Source of the DNA: a virus
Virus genome (UHGV): UHGV-0007863
Strand: one strand, 5' to 3'
Length of the DNA stretch: 38,717 bases
Part shown: piece by piece, positions 8,769-17,277 of the stretch
How positions within the stretch are numbered: the stretch's first letter is position 1
How the letters are laid out: every line of letters starts with the position of its first letter
The notes under the pieces: generated by a model
Told to the model about the DNA's origin: nothing
What the model saw: the letters and a program-made list of their open reading frames with translations, nothing else
Database searches by the model: none
Position numbers and translations under genes: made by a program

Positions 8769-9113
8769 ATGAGAAAACAGATACAGGCTCTTGGTCGACT
8801 CAAAACAGGCCAGATGAACAAAACAGAATCTGCGTATTGCCAGCACCTTGAGCAGCGTAAACGTGCAGGGGAAATCGCCTGGTATCGATTCGAGGGTATC
8901 AAGCTGCGGTTAGCTGACAACACGTTCTATACGCCCGATTTTGCTGTGATGCTCGCCACCGGCGAGATGGAACTGCACGAAGTGAAAGGTTTCTGGACCG
9001 ACGACGCCAGGGTGAAAACCAAAGTCGCCGCAGATCAGTATCCGTTCCGAATCATCGGGGTAACGGTTAAACCAAAGAAAGCAGGTGGTGGCTGGAACAT
9101 CGAAGAGTTCTGA
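8769..9113 (+). CDS. DUF1064-like protein (nin-region family, possible nuclease fold)
   Basis: 114 aa; pattern KAGEI..W.FE...L.....YTPDF.V......E..EVKG matches recollection of the family. Confidence 0.5.
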   Translation: MRKQIQALGRLKTGQMNKTESAYCQHLEQRKRAGEIAWYRFEGIKLRLADNTFYTPDFAVMLATGEMELHEVKGFWTDDARVKTKVAADQYPFRIIGVTVKPKKAGGGWNIEEF

Positions 9114-9174
9114 ATCGACGATCTTTTTAGTTATCAATGTAATCAATAAGTTATGTGGATAAGCGAGGGTAAAG

Positions 9175-9717
9175 ATGGAAAGTAATATCAAAGGGTTAGT
9201 TTCCGCCGGGCATGAGATGGCTTCGGAACTGAAAGCAGAATGTGGTGCCGTTGATATGCGTAGTGTGGCAAAGCTGATCAGCGATTTGGCAACGAAACTG
9301 GAAGTGCAACTGGTGCGTGCTAATGCGCTGGCGGCGGAGAATGCTGGGCTGAAAAAGTTCTGTGAAGACGCAGCGTTTGATGCTGATTATGAGTCAGAAC
9401 TTCTTGGAGAACGCGGTGGATTTGTTGATGGGCTTAGCTTGGTAAAAACCCCAGCCACCGACGCTTTCCTGGCTGAAATTCGTGCGGAAGCACGCAACGA
9501 GGGAGTTAACTATACCGCCAGCCGTCTTGCTGCTGCGTTCAATCACGGATTTATCAATAAGTCTTTGCGTGAAGTTTTCGACGTTACACGCATGATTTTG
9601 TCAGCGAAAGAAGAGTTGGCTAATGAAGCGCATCCGATTGATGGCCTGTCTGGTGAATATGCGGAGAAATCCCTTGAAGAATGGGCGGAACAGATTCGCA
9701 AAGGAGCTGACAAGTGA
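9175..9717 (+). CDS. Hypothetical protein
   Basis: 180-aa ORF, co-oriented with neighbours; no motif recognised. Confidence 0.5.
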   Translation: MESNIKGLVSAGHEMASELKAECGAVDMRSVAKLISDLATKLEVQLVRANALAAENAGLKKFCEDAAFDADYESELLGERGGFVDGLSLVKTPATDAFLAEIRAEARNEGVNYTASRLAAAFNHGFINKSLREVFDVTRMILSAKEELANEAHPIDGLSGEYAEKSLEEWAEQIRKGADK

Positions 9718-10124
9718 AGAAGATGATTTTTATCGCGGCATTGTTGGTGAATATCCAACAAGTGCATGCTTCAGCAGCTATTGTAGCCTCTACCGCCGCG
9801 ACTACGGCTGCTGTAGCTGCTGCGAACTCTGCGAATATCGCAAACCAACAGGCACAGCGTGCTGCTAATGCATCAGCCAGCGTTCACTCAATCACCATTA
9901 AGAGCAGTAAGCAAAATCTGGGATTCATAACGTGCGGCACGCGTTCTAATGAAGCTGTAGGTTCACTTGGATGTACGGTATATGGGGGTAGTGAGAATAG
10001 AGAAATTCCATGGAAAACGTGGCCCGGATACGTTCTTGGCTCGAAGCTCCCGGCCAGTTATGAAGTAAACGCCGTATCGTTTGATCACTATAACGGCGTG
10101 GCAACGGTCTATTTTGCATATTGA
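9714..10124 (+). CDS. Small secreted protein with an Ala/Thr/Asn/Gln low-complexity linker
   Basis: 136 aa; signal-peptide-like N-terminus MKKMIFIAALLVNIQQVHA|S; Cys-containing C-terminal domain ending in aromatic YFAY; GTG start overlapping the upstream stop. Confidence 0.5.
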   Translation: MKKMIFIAALLVNIQQVHASAAIVASTAATTAAVAAANSANIANQQAQRAANASASVHSITIKSSKQNLGFITCGTRSNEAVGSLGCTVYGGSENREIPWKTWPGYVLGSKLPASYEVNAVSFDHYNGVATVYFAY

Positions 10125-10132
10125 GGCTCCGC

Positions 10133-10666
10133 ATGAAATTCTCCAAATTTTCTGAGTTGGTGAATCGTATTTTGTTGAATCGTATTTTGTCCAACAACCA
10201 CAGCCATCGTCGCGATATGGATGTAACGATCGTTGTTCATTCGCCTGGCAGCATTGGTTCAACACCCTCAGTTGAGGTTCAGTCAATTCACGCTGGTTTT
10301 GATTGGGATTCCGGGAAAGTGCTGATTTTCCCAGCACAGCCACTGACCACTCTAACACCAGAACAGATTACTGATATTACTGATAGTGTGCGCAAAGGTC
10401 AGTCCTGGCACGCATATCAGGAATACAAGAAGCATAAAGAGCAGTTGGAAAAATTATCGATTGAACTTGATACCGCAAAACAGCGCATTGCAGAGCTGGA
10501 GAGCAATCGCGCGGCGCTGGCGGCGGAGCATGGTATTCAGATTGCAATAAATGAACTGCTTGCTCTGGCCCCGCGTCTGGATAAACGAGCGGTGGATGCA
10601 CTCTCTGTGGCTGTGGAGCACCTGTGTAAACTGATTAAGAAGGAGGCAGTCAGTGAGCAAAATTAA
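10133..10666 (+). CDS. Hypothetical coiled-coil protein
   Basis: ATG at 10133 preferred over TTG at 10121; C-terminal heptad-like region; contains an in-frame tandem 15-bp duplication at 10160-10189. Confidence 0.5.
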   Translation: MKFSKFSELVNRILLNRILSNNHSHRRDMDVTIVVHSPGSIGSTPSVEVQSIHAGFDWDSGKVLIFPAQPLTTLTPEQITDITDSVRKGQSWHAYQEYKKHKEQLEKLSIELDTAKQRIAELESNRAALAAEHGIQIAINELLALAPRLDKRAVDALSVAVEHLCKLIKKEAVSEQN

Positions 10667-11381
10667 TTACCAGGCACTGCGTGAGGCGGCAGAGAAAGCA
10701 ACGTGGGGAGACTGGGACTCATATAAACCACACCGTGGCGCACGTGGTTATAAGGTCCGACTAAGTGGTCAGGCCATTGCGCAACACGTTCTGAAAAACA
10801 ACGCTGAATTTATTGCTGCCTTTAATCCAAAGGTTGCTTTGGCATTACTGGATGAACTGGAAAGAAACCAGCAATACATCAAATCTCGCGACCAGGAGAA
10901 CGAGGATATTGCGCTAACGGTAGGGAAGCTGTTAATCGAAAACGGTCAGCTTGTTGCCGATACGCTACGCCACTTAGCTGATAACGAAATCGACTCTGAT
11001 TATTTTGCTATCACCTCAACTAATGAGAACGGTACTGAAATTGATCATGAGATGTCTATTACCGATTACGCACTGCAAGCTGCCGGAACTGTAGACGAAT
11101 TGGTTGCGGCGCTGGAAGCCGCAAAATCAAAACTCAACGAGCAGCGTGAATATTACGAGGGAGTAATCGCGGATGGAAGTAAGCGCATAGCAGAGTTAGA
11201 AAGTGGTTCTCAGGCACAAAAGTTAGTTGAAGCAATCATTGTTGCGATAGAAAACGAACAGGAACGTCTTTTTGATGAAGATTACCTAATGGATTCGAAA
11301 GAATGCATTGACGTAATTCGTGAAGAAGTAAAGCGATGGAATGATTCCCGCGCCGCTGGCATTCGCATCAAAGGAGAGTGA
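10653..11381 (+). CDS. Ead/Ea22-like accessory protein
   Basis: 242 aa; N-terminus ...ALREAAEKATWGDW... as recalled for the Ea22-like family; acidic coiled-coil content. Confidence 0.45.
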   Translation: MSKINYQALREAAEKATWGDWDSYKPHRGARGYKVRLSGQAIAQHVLKNNAEFIAAFNPKVALALLDELERNQQYIKSRDQENEDIALTVGKLLIENGQLVADTLRHLADNEIDSDYFAITSTNENGTEIDHEMSITDYALQAAGTVDELVAALEAAKSKLNEQREYYEGVIADGSKRIAELESGSQAQKLVEAIIVAIENEQERLFDEDYLMDSKECIDVIREEVKRWNDSRAAGIRIKGE

Positions 11382-11382
11382 G

Positions 11383-11793
11383 ATGAACGCTATAACCAAA
11401 GAACGTATCAAATTATTCATTAAAAATCCGCTTGATAACGGACTTACTCGTGGCGAACAAATGGAACTGGCACGAATTGCTCTGGCATCGCTGGAAGCAG
11501 AGGCAGTTATGTTCTGTATATCAGGACAAAATGTAGATTCAGAAGAACATGTATCAACCAGCAAAGCGGTTGTTGATGCCTGGGTTGAAGAATGGAATCA
11601 GGTTGACGGAAGTCCTGGCGAACCACTGTACAAAACTATGCCACTCTACTATCACGCTGCCTTGCCAGCGCCGGTAGTGCCGGATGAAATGTATTGGCAG
11701 GATGCGCCAGTTGAAGGCAGCAGCAAAGCGGCTGCATACGCTACAGGCTGGAACGCCTGCCGCGCCGCTATGCTTCATGGGAAAGGAGAGTGA
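11383..11793 (+). CDS. Hypothetical protein, short paralog of the 12069-12833 gene
   Basis: 136 aa; first ~40 aa near-identical to the protein at 12069 (MNAITKERIKLFIKNPLDNGLTRGEQMELARIALASLEA); shares the GWNACRAAMLH motif; AAGGAGAG Shine-Dalgarno. Confidence 0.55.
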   Translation: MNAITKERIKLFIKNPLDNGLTRGEQMELARIALASLEAEAVMFCISGQNVDSEEHVSTSKAVVDAWVEEWNQVDGSPGEPLYKTMPLYYHAALPAPVVPDEMYWQDAPVEGSSKAAAYATGWNACRAAMLHGKGE

Positions 11794-11795
11794 TA

Positions 11796-12058
11796 TGGCA
11801 ACTTTAACAAAAAAAGAACGGGCATGGTTGAACGAATTACAGGACGTTCTTGATCGCTGCCCATCACCGAAAAAAATTGGTTTTTACACCATTGGCGATA
11901 AAAGCATTTACCTGTATGACCTGCGCCGCATGGATGAAATCATGGAGGCTCTTGATAATCGTTCGTCAATGGATTGGTGTGTTGCTGTCCATGATATGAA
12001 TGCAGGGTTTGATGAAAAGATTTTGTTCCCCTCATCAGTTGAAAGCACTGCGGGTTAA
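11796..12058 (+). CDS. Hypothetical small protein
   Basis: 87 aa; ATG at 11796 directly after the upstream stop, preceded by the same AAAGGAGAGTGA junction seen at 11370-11382. Confidence 0.45.
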
Positions 12059-12068
12059 GGAGTAACAC

Positions 12069-12833
12069 ATGACCACTATTACCAAAGAACGTATTGAATT
12101 GTTCATTAAAAATCCGCTTGAAAACGGGCTTACCCGTGGTGAACAAATGGAACTGGCACGGATTGCGCTGGCATCGCTGGAAGCAGATCCAGTTAAACGA
12201 GTTAACTCAGATCAGATGCGCCGAGTCTGCTTAGAAGCTAATCGCCATTTAGATAAATATGACGCGATGGCGAAAGAGGTAAATAAGTTGCTTGGACGCA
12301 TCGCCCCGCCAGCGCCGTTATTGCCGGAGGAAATGACACCAAAGCAAGCGTCACGTTCATATTGCGGAGAAGTTCGCGGTTATCGTGATGGCTGGAACGC
12401 CTGCCGCGCTGCCATGCTTCATAGTGCCGAACCTGCAAGTAATCATGAAGAGTTGCCGCTTGATTATCTCCAAGGTCAAAAAGATGGTCTTGAATGGGCT
12501 GCGCAGCTTGCAGAAGCAAATCACCCACAAACTGGCGACTGGCTTTACGATGACCCGCTGGAGCTGGCTAAAGCTATCAGAAAAGGTCCTGACATGCCCG
12601 AATTCGATGGACCAACTCCGGGAACTCCGGATGGTTGGATAAGCTGTAGTGAGCGAATGCCGGAAGAAACGGGTGACATTATTGTTGTTTCGGATGGCAT
12701 TGTAATGTCAGGGATTTCTTATTCTCGTCGTGACGGGTTCTATATAGCCGCATTGGAGTACGACGACGATGAGCCAATTGGCGGTGTAACCCACTGGATG
12801 CCTCTACCAGAACCGCCGCAGGAGGTGAAGTGA
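12069..12833 (+). CDS. DUF551-like protein
   Basis: 254 aa; C-terminus ...GGVTHWMPLPEPP matches the DUF551 hallmark as recalled; N-terminus paralogous to the 11383 gene. Confidence 0.6.
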   Translation: MTTITKERIELFIKNPLENGLTRGEQMELARIALASLEADPVKRVNSDQMRRVCLEANRHLDKYDAMAKEVNKLLGRIAPPAPLLPEEMTPKQASRSYCGEVRGYRDGWNACRAAMLHSAEPASNHEELPLDYLQGQKDGLEWAAQLAEANHPQTGDWLYDDPLELAKAIRKGPDMPEFDGPTPGTPDGWISCSERMPEETGDIIVVSDGIVMSGISYSRRDGFYIAALEYDDDEPIGGVTHWMPLPEPPQEVK

Positions 12834-13183
12834 TGGACTATTCACAGTTAAGTGATTTTGAAATTAACAGAATGGTAGGAGACATAATTTTTAAAGGCCT
12901 TTGGGCGTGTAAACCGGAAACATCAGGGAATAACACCAACAAATGGTATTACGGAAATACTGATACAACTTTTGAGCCATTAAACCCTTTACCTGACTAC
13001 TGCAATAATCCATCGGATGCATGGCCTATTATTGTTGATAATAAAATCAGTCTAACCTGCCACCACTCTCGCGGTGAGTGGTCAGCTGTTTTTAATGCCG
13101 AGAACATTTGCTTTCATGCGAATAATCCACTCCGAGCCGCCATGATTGTATTTCTCATGATGCAGGAAAATCAGAATGGCTAA
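12830..13183 (+). CDS. Hypothetical protein (conserved nin-region type)
   Basis: 117-aa ORF with overlapping stop/start; Cys-containing, no catalytic motif recognised. Confidence 0.5.
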   Translation: MMDYSQLSDFEINRMVGDIIFKGLWACKPETSGNNTNKWYYGNTDTTFEPLNPLPDYCNNPSDAWPIIVDNKISLTCHHSRGEWSAVFNAENICFHANNPLRAAMIVFLMMQENQNG

Positions 13184-13514
13184 ATCAGCAGCAGAGCGCA
13201 AAGCCGCTCAGAGAGCCAGACAAGCTGCATCCGGTGTACGTAAGCTGGAGATTGTGCTTGATGCTCAGGAAATTGAAATGCTGGAGCGGAACTGCGCCAC
13301 GCGTCGCCCCGGGCGTGTGCCTTACGAATTTGGTGAGTATATTGCGTTACTTATCCGCCAGGATGATGCACGTGTGCGCGGGCGTATAAAATCGATCAGC
13401 AGAAAACTTTGCGGTAAGTGCGGCGAGAGAGTTCCCGTTAATTCATGCCCGTGTAATGGTGACTCGCAATGCTGGGTGACTAAAGGCTGGCATGAAACGA
13501 AATTAATAGTGTGA
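13176..13514 (+). CDS. Small basic protein with C-terminal Cys cluster (zinc-ribbon-like), at the position where lambdoid phages carry Q
   Basis: 112 aa; basic N-terminus; C-x-x-C ... C-x-C ... C cluster; function not assignable from sequence. Confidence 0.5.
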   Translation: MAKSAAERKAAQRARQAASGVRKLEIVLDAQEIEMLERNCATRRPGRVPYEFGEYIALLIRQDDARVRGRIKSISRKLCGKCGERVPVNSCPCNGDSQCWVTKGWHETKLIV

Positions 13515-13522
13515 CATGTCAC
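13511..13522. repeat. 12-bp perfect palindrome GTGACATGTCAC, copy 1 of 3
   Basis: Read directly; overlaps the TGA stop of the 13176-13514 gene. Confidence 0.7.
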
Positions 13523-13531
13523 GAAGGTGTT

Positions 13532-13744
13532 ATGCCAAAAATACGCTACGACCTTGAAGATATGAGAGATAACTCAGCAAATTTTCCGAAAGAGGTTAAA
13601 TTTCTCATGCATAAGTATGGTTGCGCCAGGAGGGATATAGTTATCGACAGTCAGCACCCTTGCGGCGAGGATGTAATTTTCATTCGCGGTAAATGGGAAG
13701 GGTATCTTGACGAGAGTTTTTACGATGAATTTGATGGACTTTGA
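13532..13744 (+). CDS. Hypothetical protein
   Basis: 70 aa from ATG 13532 with GAAGGTG upstream; the ORF-track GTG start at 13511 lies inside the palindrome. Confidence 0.45.
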   Translation: MPKIRYDLEDMRDNSANFPKEVKFLMHKYGCARRDIVIDSQHPCGEDVIFIRGKWEGYLDESFYDEFDGL

Positions 13745-13749
13745 ATACT

Positions 13750-13776
13750 GCCGCCAACTATGGCGGCTTTATTTTG
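13750..13776 (+). terminator. Rho-independent terminator immediately upstream of the terminase operon
   Basis: GCCGCCA-ACTA-TGGCGGC followed by TTTATTTT. Confidence 0.6.
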
Positions 13777-13786
13777 CATGGTACTA

Positions 13787-13819
13787 TTACCACAACGGTA
13801 ACTATTACCACGGTGGTTA
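13787..13819. promoter_or_regulatory. Perfect TTACC-ACAAC-GGTAA (13787-13801) plus near copy TTACC-ACGGT-GGTTA (13805-13819) abutting the terminase small-subunit start
   Basis: Read directly; located between the terminator and the ATG at 13819. Confidence 0.6.
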
Positions 13820-14415
13820 TGATGCCTGCTGAACCTAAAACCTATAAACGCAAATCAACGCAATTTAAGCCACTAACAGCAATGCAGGAGGCTTATTGCC
13901 AGTCATACATCAAAACGCCTGAAAACCAGACTCAGGCAGCGATTAATGCAGGATTCTCCCCAAATACAGCGGCAGTTAAAGCCAGTGTCATGATGCGCGA
14001 TGAACGCATTCAAAAACGGATTGCCGAGTTGATGGAGGAGCGCAACAAACGAATGCGCGTCAGTGCTGATTACGTTCTCATGCGCCTGGTGGAGATCGAC
14101 CAGATGGACGTGATCGACATCCTCAACGACGATGGGAGCCTTAAGCCAATCCGCGAGTGGCCGAAAATCTGGCGCACTACGCTTAGCGGCTTTGATCTGT
14201 CATCGACCATCATGAACATGAACGAGGATTCGATAGAGACAATCCTCAAAAAAATTAAATGGCCTGACAAGGTGAAGAACCTCGAACTGATTGGTAAGCA
14301 CGTCGACGTCAACGCATTCAAAGAACGCCTGGATGTTAATGTGAATGTGACAATTGCTGATCGCATAGCAGCAGCCAGGAAGCGACTCAAAGAACGTCAG
14401 GATGGTAATCAGTGA
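13819..14415 (+). CDS. Terminase small subunit
   Basis: Segment QEAYCQSYIKTPENQTQAAINAGFSPNTAAVKASVMMRDERIQ fits the small-terminase HTH family; true start taken as ATG 13819, since the ORF-track N-terminus is encoded by the operator repeats. Confidence 0.8.
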   Translation: MMPAEPKTYKRKSTQFKPLTAMQEAYCQSYIKTPENQTQAAINAGFSPNTAAVKASVMMRDERIQKRIAELMEERNKRMRVSADYVLMRLVEIDQMDVIDILNDDGSLKPIREWPKIWRTTLSGFDLSSTIMNMNEDSIETILKKIKWPDKVKNLELIGKHVDVNAFKERLDVNVNVTIADRIAAARKRLKERQDGNQ

Positions 14416-15887
14416 CAGATACAGTGTTATCTCCTGAAGAGCAGTTGATCGAGGATATTGCAGGGTTTACTCACGATCCGCTTGGTTATGCCCTCTATGC
14501 GTTCCCGTGGGGGGAAGAGGGGACTGAACTGGCACATGCTACCGGTCCACGTCAGTGGCAGGCCGATGCGTTCCGAGAGATACGTGACCACCTGCAGAAT
14601 CCAGAGATGCGCTATCAGCCGCTTATGCTGGCACGCGCTTCTGGTCACGGTATTGGTAAATCCGCATTCATCTCAATGCTGATCAACTGGGGCATGTCCA
14701 CTTGCGAGGATTGTAAGGTCGTGGTGACCGCCAACACCGACAACCAGCTACGAACGAAGACCTGGCCGGAAATTATCAAGTGGTCGAACCTTGCTATCAC
14801 GAAAGACTGGTTTACCTGTACCGCTACCGCTATGTACAGCAATGATCCTGGGCACGACAAGCGGTGGCGAGCTGACGCAATCCCCTGGTCTGAGCACAAC
14901 ACTGAGGCATTCGCCGGACTACACAACGAGCGCAAACGCATCATCGTGGTATTCGATGAAGCGTCGAACATTGCGGATCTGGTGTGGGAAGTTGCCGAGG
15001 GTGCACTAACTGACGAAGACACTGAGATTATCTGGGTGGCGTTCGGAAACCCGACGCGTAATACCGGACGTTTCCGTGAATGTTTCCGCAAGTATAAACA
15101 CCGCTGGAAAACCGCGCAGATTGACAGTCGGACGGTGGAAGGTACCAACAAACAGCAGTTGCAGAAATGGGTTGATGACTACGGGGAAGACAGCGACTTC
15201 GTTAAAATCCGTGTGCGTGGCATATTCCCTGATGCATCTGAATTGCAGTTTATCCCTACCGGTCTTACTGACGAGGCAATGAAACGGGTGGTAACCGCTG
15301 CGCAGGTTGCACATGCTCCGGTGATAATCGGCGTTGACCCGGCATACTCCGGAGTTGATGACGCTGTGATATACCTGCGGCAGGGGCTACACAGTAAGGT
15401 GCTGTGGACTGGCAACAAGACTACCGACGATCTGATTATGGCGAAGCGTATCGCTGACTTTGAAGACCAGTATCAGGCTGACGCGGTGTTCATCGACTTC
15501 GGTTACGGAACCGGTTTGAAGTCAATCGGTGACGGCTGGGGGCGTACATGGCAACTTGTTCCGTTCGGTGGCGCGTCTACTGACCCGCAGATGCTCAACA
15601 AGCGTGGGGAGATGTTCAATTCATGCAAGACATGGCTGAGGCTTGGCGGCATGCTGGATGACCAGGAAACAGCAGACGACCTGTCGGCGGCAGAGTACAA
15701 AGTTCGAGTGGACGGTAAAATCGTTATCGAACCGAAGGAAGATATCAAGGAGCGGCTTGGGCGTTCGCCTGGTAAAGGCGATGCGCTACTGCTGACGTTT
15801 GCTTTCCCGGTGTCAAAGCGCCTGCGAATTCCCGGGCAGCAGAACCAGCAAGGCAAGGCCATTACAGATTACGATCCCTATGCTTAA
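14412..15887 (+). CDS. Terminase large subunit
   Basis: 491 aa; Walker A-like ASGHGIGKS; acidic nuclease-type C-terminal region; GTG start overlapping the small-subunit stop. Confidence 0.8.
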   Translation: MTDTVLSPEEQLIEDIAGFTHDPLGYALYAFPWGEEGTELAHATGPRQWQADAFREIRDHLQNPEMRYQPLMLARASGHGIGKSAFISMLINWGMSTCEDCKVVVTANTDNQLRTKTWPEIIKWSNLAITKDWFTCTATAMYSNDPGHDKRWRADAIPWSEHNTEAFAGLHNERKRIIVVFDEASNIADLVWEVAEGALTDEDTEIIWVAFGNPTRNTGRFRECFRKYKHRWKTAQIDSRTVEGTNKQQLQKWVDDYGEDSDFVKIRVRGIFPDASELQFIPTGLTDEAMKRVVTAAQVAHAPVIIGVDPAYSGVDDAVIYLRQGLHSKVLWTGNKTTDDLIMAKRIADFEDQYQADAVFIDFGYGTGLKSIGDGWGRTWQLVPFGGASTDPQMLNKRGEMFNSCKTWLRLGGMLDDQETADDLSAAEYKVRVDGKIVIEPKEDIKERLGRSPGKGDALLLTFAFPVSKRLRIPGQQNQQGKAITDYDPYA

Positions 15888-15937
15888 TCCGTTAGCGGGG
15901 ATAATGACGGAGATATCCTCTGGTGAGGATAAAACAA

Positions 15938-15963
15938 AGCCAGCTCATCGGCTGGCTGTTTGT
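15938..15963. terminator. Bidirectional terminator between convergent terminase and minus-strand moron gene
   Basis: AGCCAGC-TCATCG-GCTGGCT with an A-run before and GTTTGT after. Confidence 0.5.
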
Positions 15964-15973
15964 GACATGTCAC
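15962..15973. repeat. 12-bp perfect palindrome GTGACATGTCAC, copy 2 of 3
   Basis: Read directly; abuts the bidirectional terminator. Confidence 0.7.
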
Positions 15974-15977
15974 GGTG

Positions 15978-16349
15978 TTATTGCTCGCTTAACTTCTGCT
16001 TCAGCAAGTAACCTTCAAGCATCCAGATTTTGTTTACAGCATTCTGCCTGGCAATCTTCCGACCAATTTCCGCATCAAAGTTTTCCGGGCTTGCACAGGC
16101 GCTCTCTCCGGTGACGGTGAAGCCGTTGCGCAGCACCAGAACGCAGAACGTCAGCAGAGAAAGTGATTCGTGCGGCTGGTAGTTTACCTCTCCGCCAGTA
16201 TGTTTCGCTTTTATGGCTACGCCAAAGACACCATCTTCTGCTGTGAAATATGCCTCCTGAGCAATAATGCTCTCGATATGGTCTGGCGTAACGCGCGGCG
16301 CGGCTAAACCTTTAGCCTGAATTTCAGATTCAATGTCTTTGTCACTCAT
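15978..16349 (-). CDS. Conserved small phage protein of unknown function, opposite strand to the late operon (moron)
   Basis: 123 aa; AAGGTGAG Shine-Dalgarno; possibly N4 gp49 / Sf6 gp66-like by recollection, unverified. Confidence 0.5.
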   Translation of the reverse strand: MSDKDIESEIQAKGLAAPRVTPDHIESIIAQEAYFTAEDGVFGVAIKAKHTGGEVNYQPHESLSLLTFCVLVLRNGFTVTGESACASPENFDAEIGRKIARQNAVNKIWMLEGYLLKQKLSEQ

Positions 16350-16363
16350 AGTCTATTCTCACC

Positions 16364-16389
16364 TTAAAAAAATGCCCGGCGAACCGGGC
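16364..16389 (-). terminator. Hairpin plus T-run immediately upstream of the 15978-16349 gene
   Basis: GCCCGG-CGAA-CCGGGC with a 7-A run on the plus strand (T-run on the minus strand). Confidence 0.45.
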
Positions 16390-16473
16390 GAACTGGAAGC
16401 AATGAGTTATGCCTTCCGTGGCTGTACTGGTTTACAGCATGAAGTCATCGCAATGGCGTCCTGCTGTAAAAAG

Positions 16474-16509
16474 GGCGGTGATAGTCCTTCAAGTGAAACT
16501 ATCACCGCC
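16474..16509. repeat. Perfect 12-bp inverted repeat GGCGGTGATAGT / ACTATCACCGCC with a 12-nt spacer, about 44 nt downstream of the tRNA 3' end
   Basis: Read directly; likely a processing or termination structure for the tRNA transcript. Confidence 0.6.
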
Positions 16510-16552
16510 AAGCCCCTGGAACTTCTGGCATCACGGTCCTTAGGCGTGATTC

Positions 16553-16629
16553 TGGCGTGGCATGCAGGATTCGAACCTGCGACCAACCGCTTAGAAGGCG
16601 GTTGCTCTGTCCGACTGAGCTAATGCCAC
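16553..16629 (-). tRNA. tRNA-Arg (anticodon UCU), phage-encoded
   Basis: Manual cloverleaf: acceptor GTGGCAT/ATGCCAC, D-arm GCTC-AGTCGGACA-GAGC, anticodon arm ACCGC-CTTCTAA-GCGGT, T-arm GCAGG-TTCGAAT-CCTGC, discriminator G, encoded CCA; 77 nt. Confidence 0.85.
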
Positions 16630-16951
16630 AACGCTGAGAGCACTTAGCCTGTTAAGGCGCCACACTTTGTCGCGGCTCCATAAATGCTCTCATCGTTGTA
16701 CCCTCGTCTCTTCCGAGGCGTCACACCGAATCGCCGGGATGGTGAATCCCCGTGCGCGGAATAAAACCGCTCGACTTGCACATTCCGGCTACCTGGTTCG
16801 TTTGCCCGAGCAAGGGAGGGTGCCCCTTAAACGTATCCAGACCGCTATCGTCGCATGTGCCACACGCCGTACTGCTCAAAATAAAAGCTCACTCCACCTG
16901 TTCAATTTAACGACAAGCCAGTCAGGTTAATAACCGGAATGAACTATTTAC

Positions 16952-16966
16952 TTACCTGAAGGGTAA
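16952..16966. promoter_or_regulatory. Perfect TTACC-TGAAG-GGTAA upstream of the portal operon
   Basis: Read directly; about 90 nt upstream of the ATG at 17057. Confidence 0.6.
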
Positions 16967-17056
16967 TAATTCGTGCATTAAATGTCAACTATCTACGATA
17001 AATAAATCATATGTGGTTAAATTGGTAATAATTTAATTGCGTACGGAGTCATTGAT

Positions 17057-17263
17057 ATGTGCATGGGTAGCTCACCATCAGTGCCTGCAACACCAGAAGT
17101 TCAGGCAGCACCACAGGAGCAGGATGCCGCCGTTGTTGATGCCCGCGACGAAGAAACACGTCGCCGTCGCGCTGCTGCTGGTCGTAGTTCTACGCTGCTT
17201 ACCGGTTCTCAGGGCGACACATCAACCGCTAATACCAGCGGTAAAACGCTGCTTGGTCAGTAA
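17057..17263 (+). CDS. Hypothetical low-complexity small protein upstream of portal
   Basis: 68 aa; its translation initiation region CGGAGTCATTGA(T)ATG is a near-exact copy of the portal's (17265-17280). Confidence 0.4.
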   Translation: MCMGSSPSVPATPEVQAAPQEQDAAVVDARDEETRRRRAAAGRSSTLLTGSQGDTSTANTSGKTLLGQ

Positions 17264-17277
17264 CCGGAGTCATTGAA

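Noticed and set aside
10160-10189. Tandem 15-bp duplication TTGAATCGTATTTTG as a regulatory repeat
   Set aside because: It lies in frame inside the 10133-10666 gene and simply duplicates five codons (LNRIL); most likely a slippage duplication.
13511-13522. Reading GTGACATGTCAC as a CRP site or LexA box
   Set aside because: CRP needs TGTGA-N6-TCACA and LexA needs CTGT-N8-ACAG; the half-site spacing here fits neither, so it is reported as an unassigned palindrome.
14645-15862. Minus-strand ORFs 14645-15151 and 15503-15862 inside the terminase large-subunit gene
   Set aside because: Antisense shadow ORFs within a gene carrying a clear Walker A motif; no independent support.
16333-16930. Plus-strand ORFs 16333-16623 and 16667-16930
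   Set aside because: The first runs straight through the minus-strand tRNA-Arg and its hairpins, and the second lies in GC-rich structured spacer; neither has a start context. Treated as non-coding.
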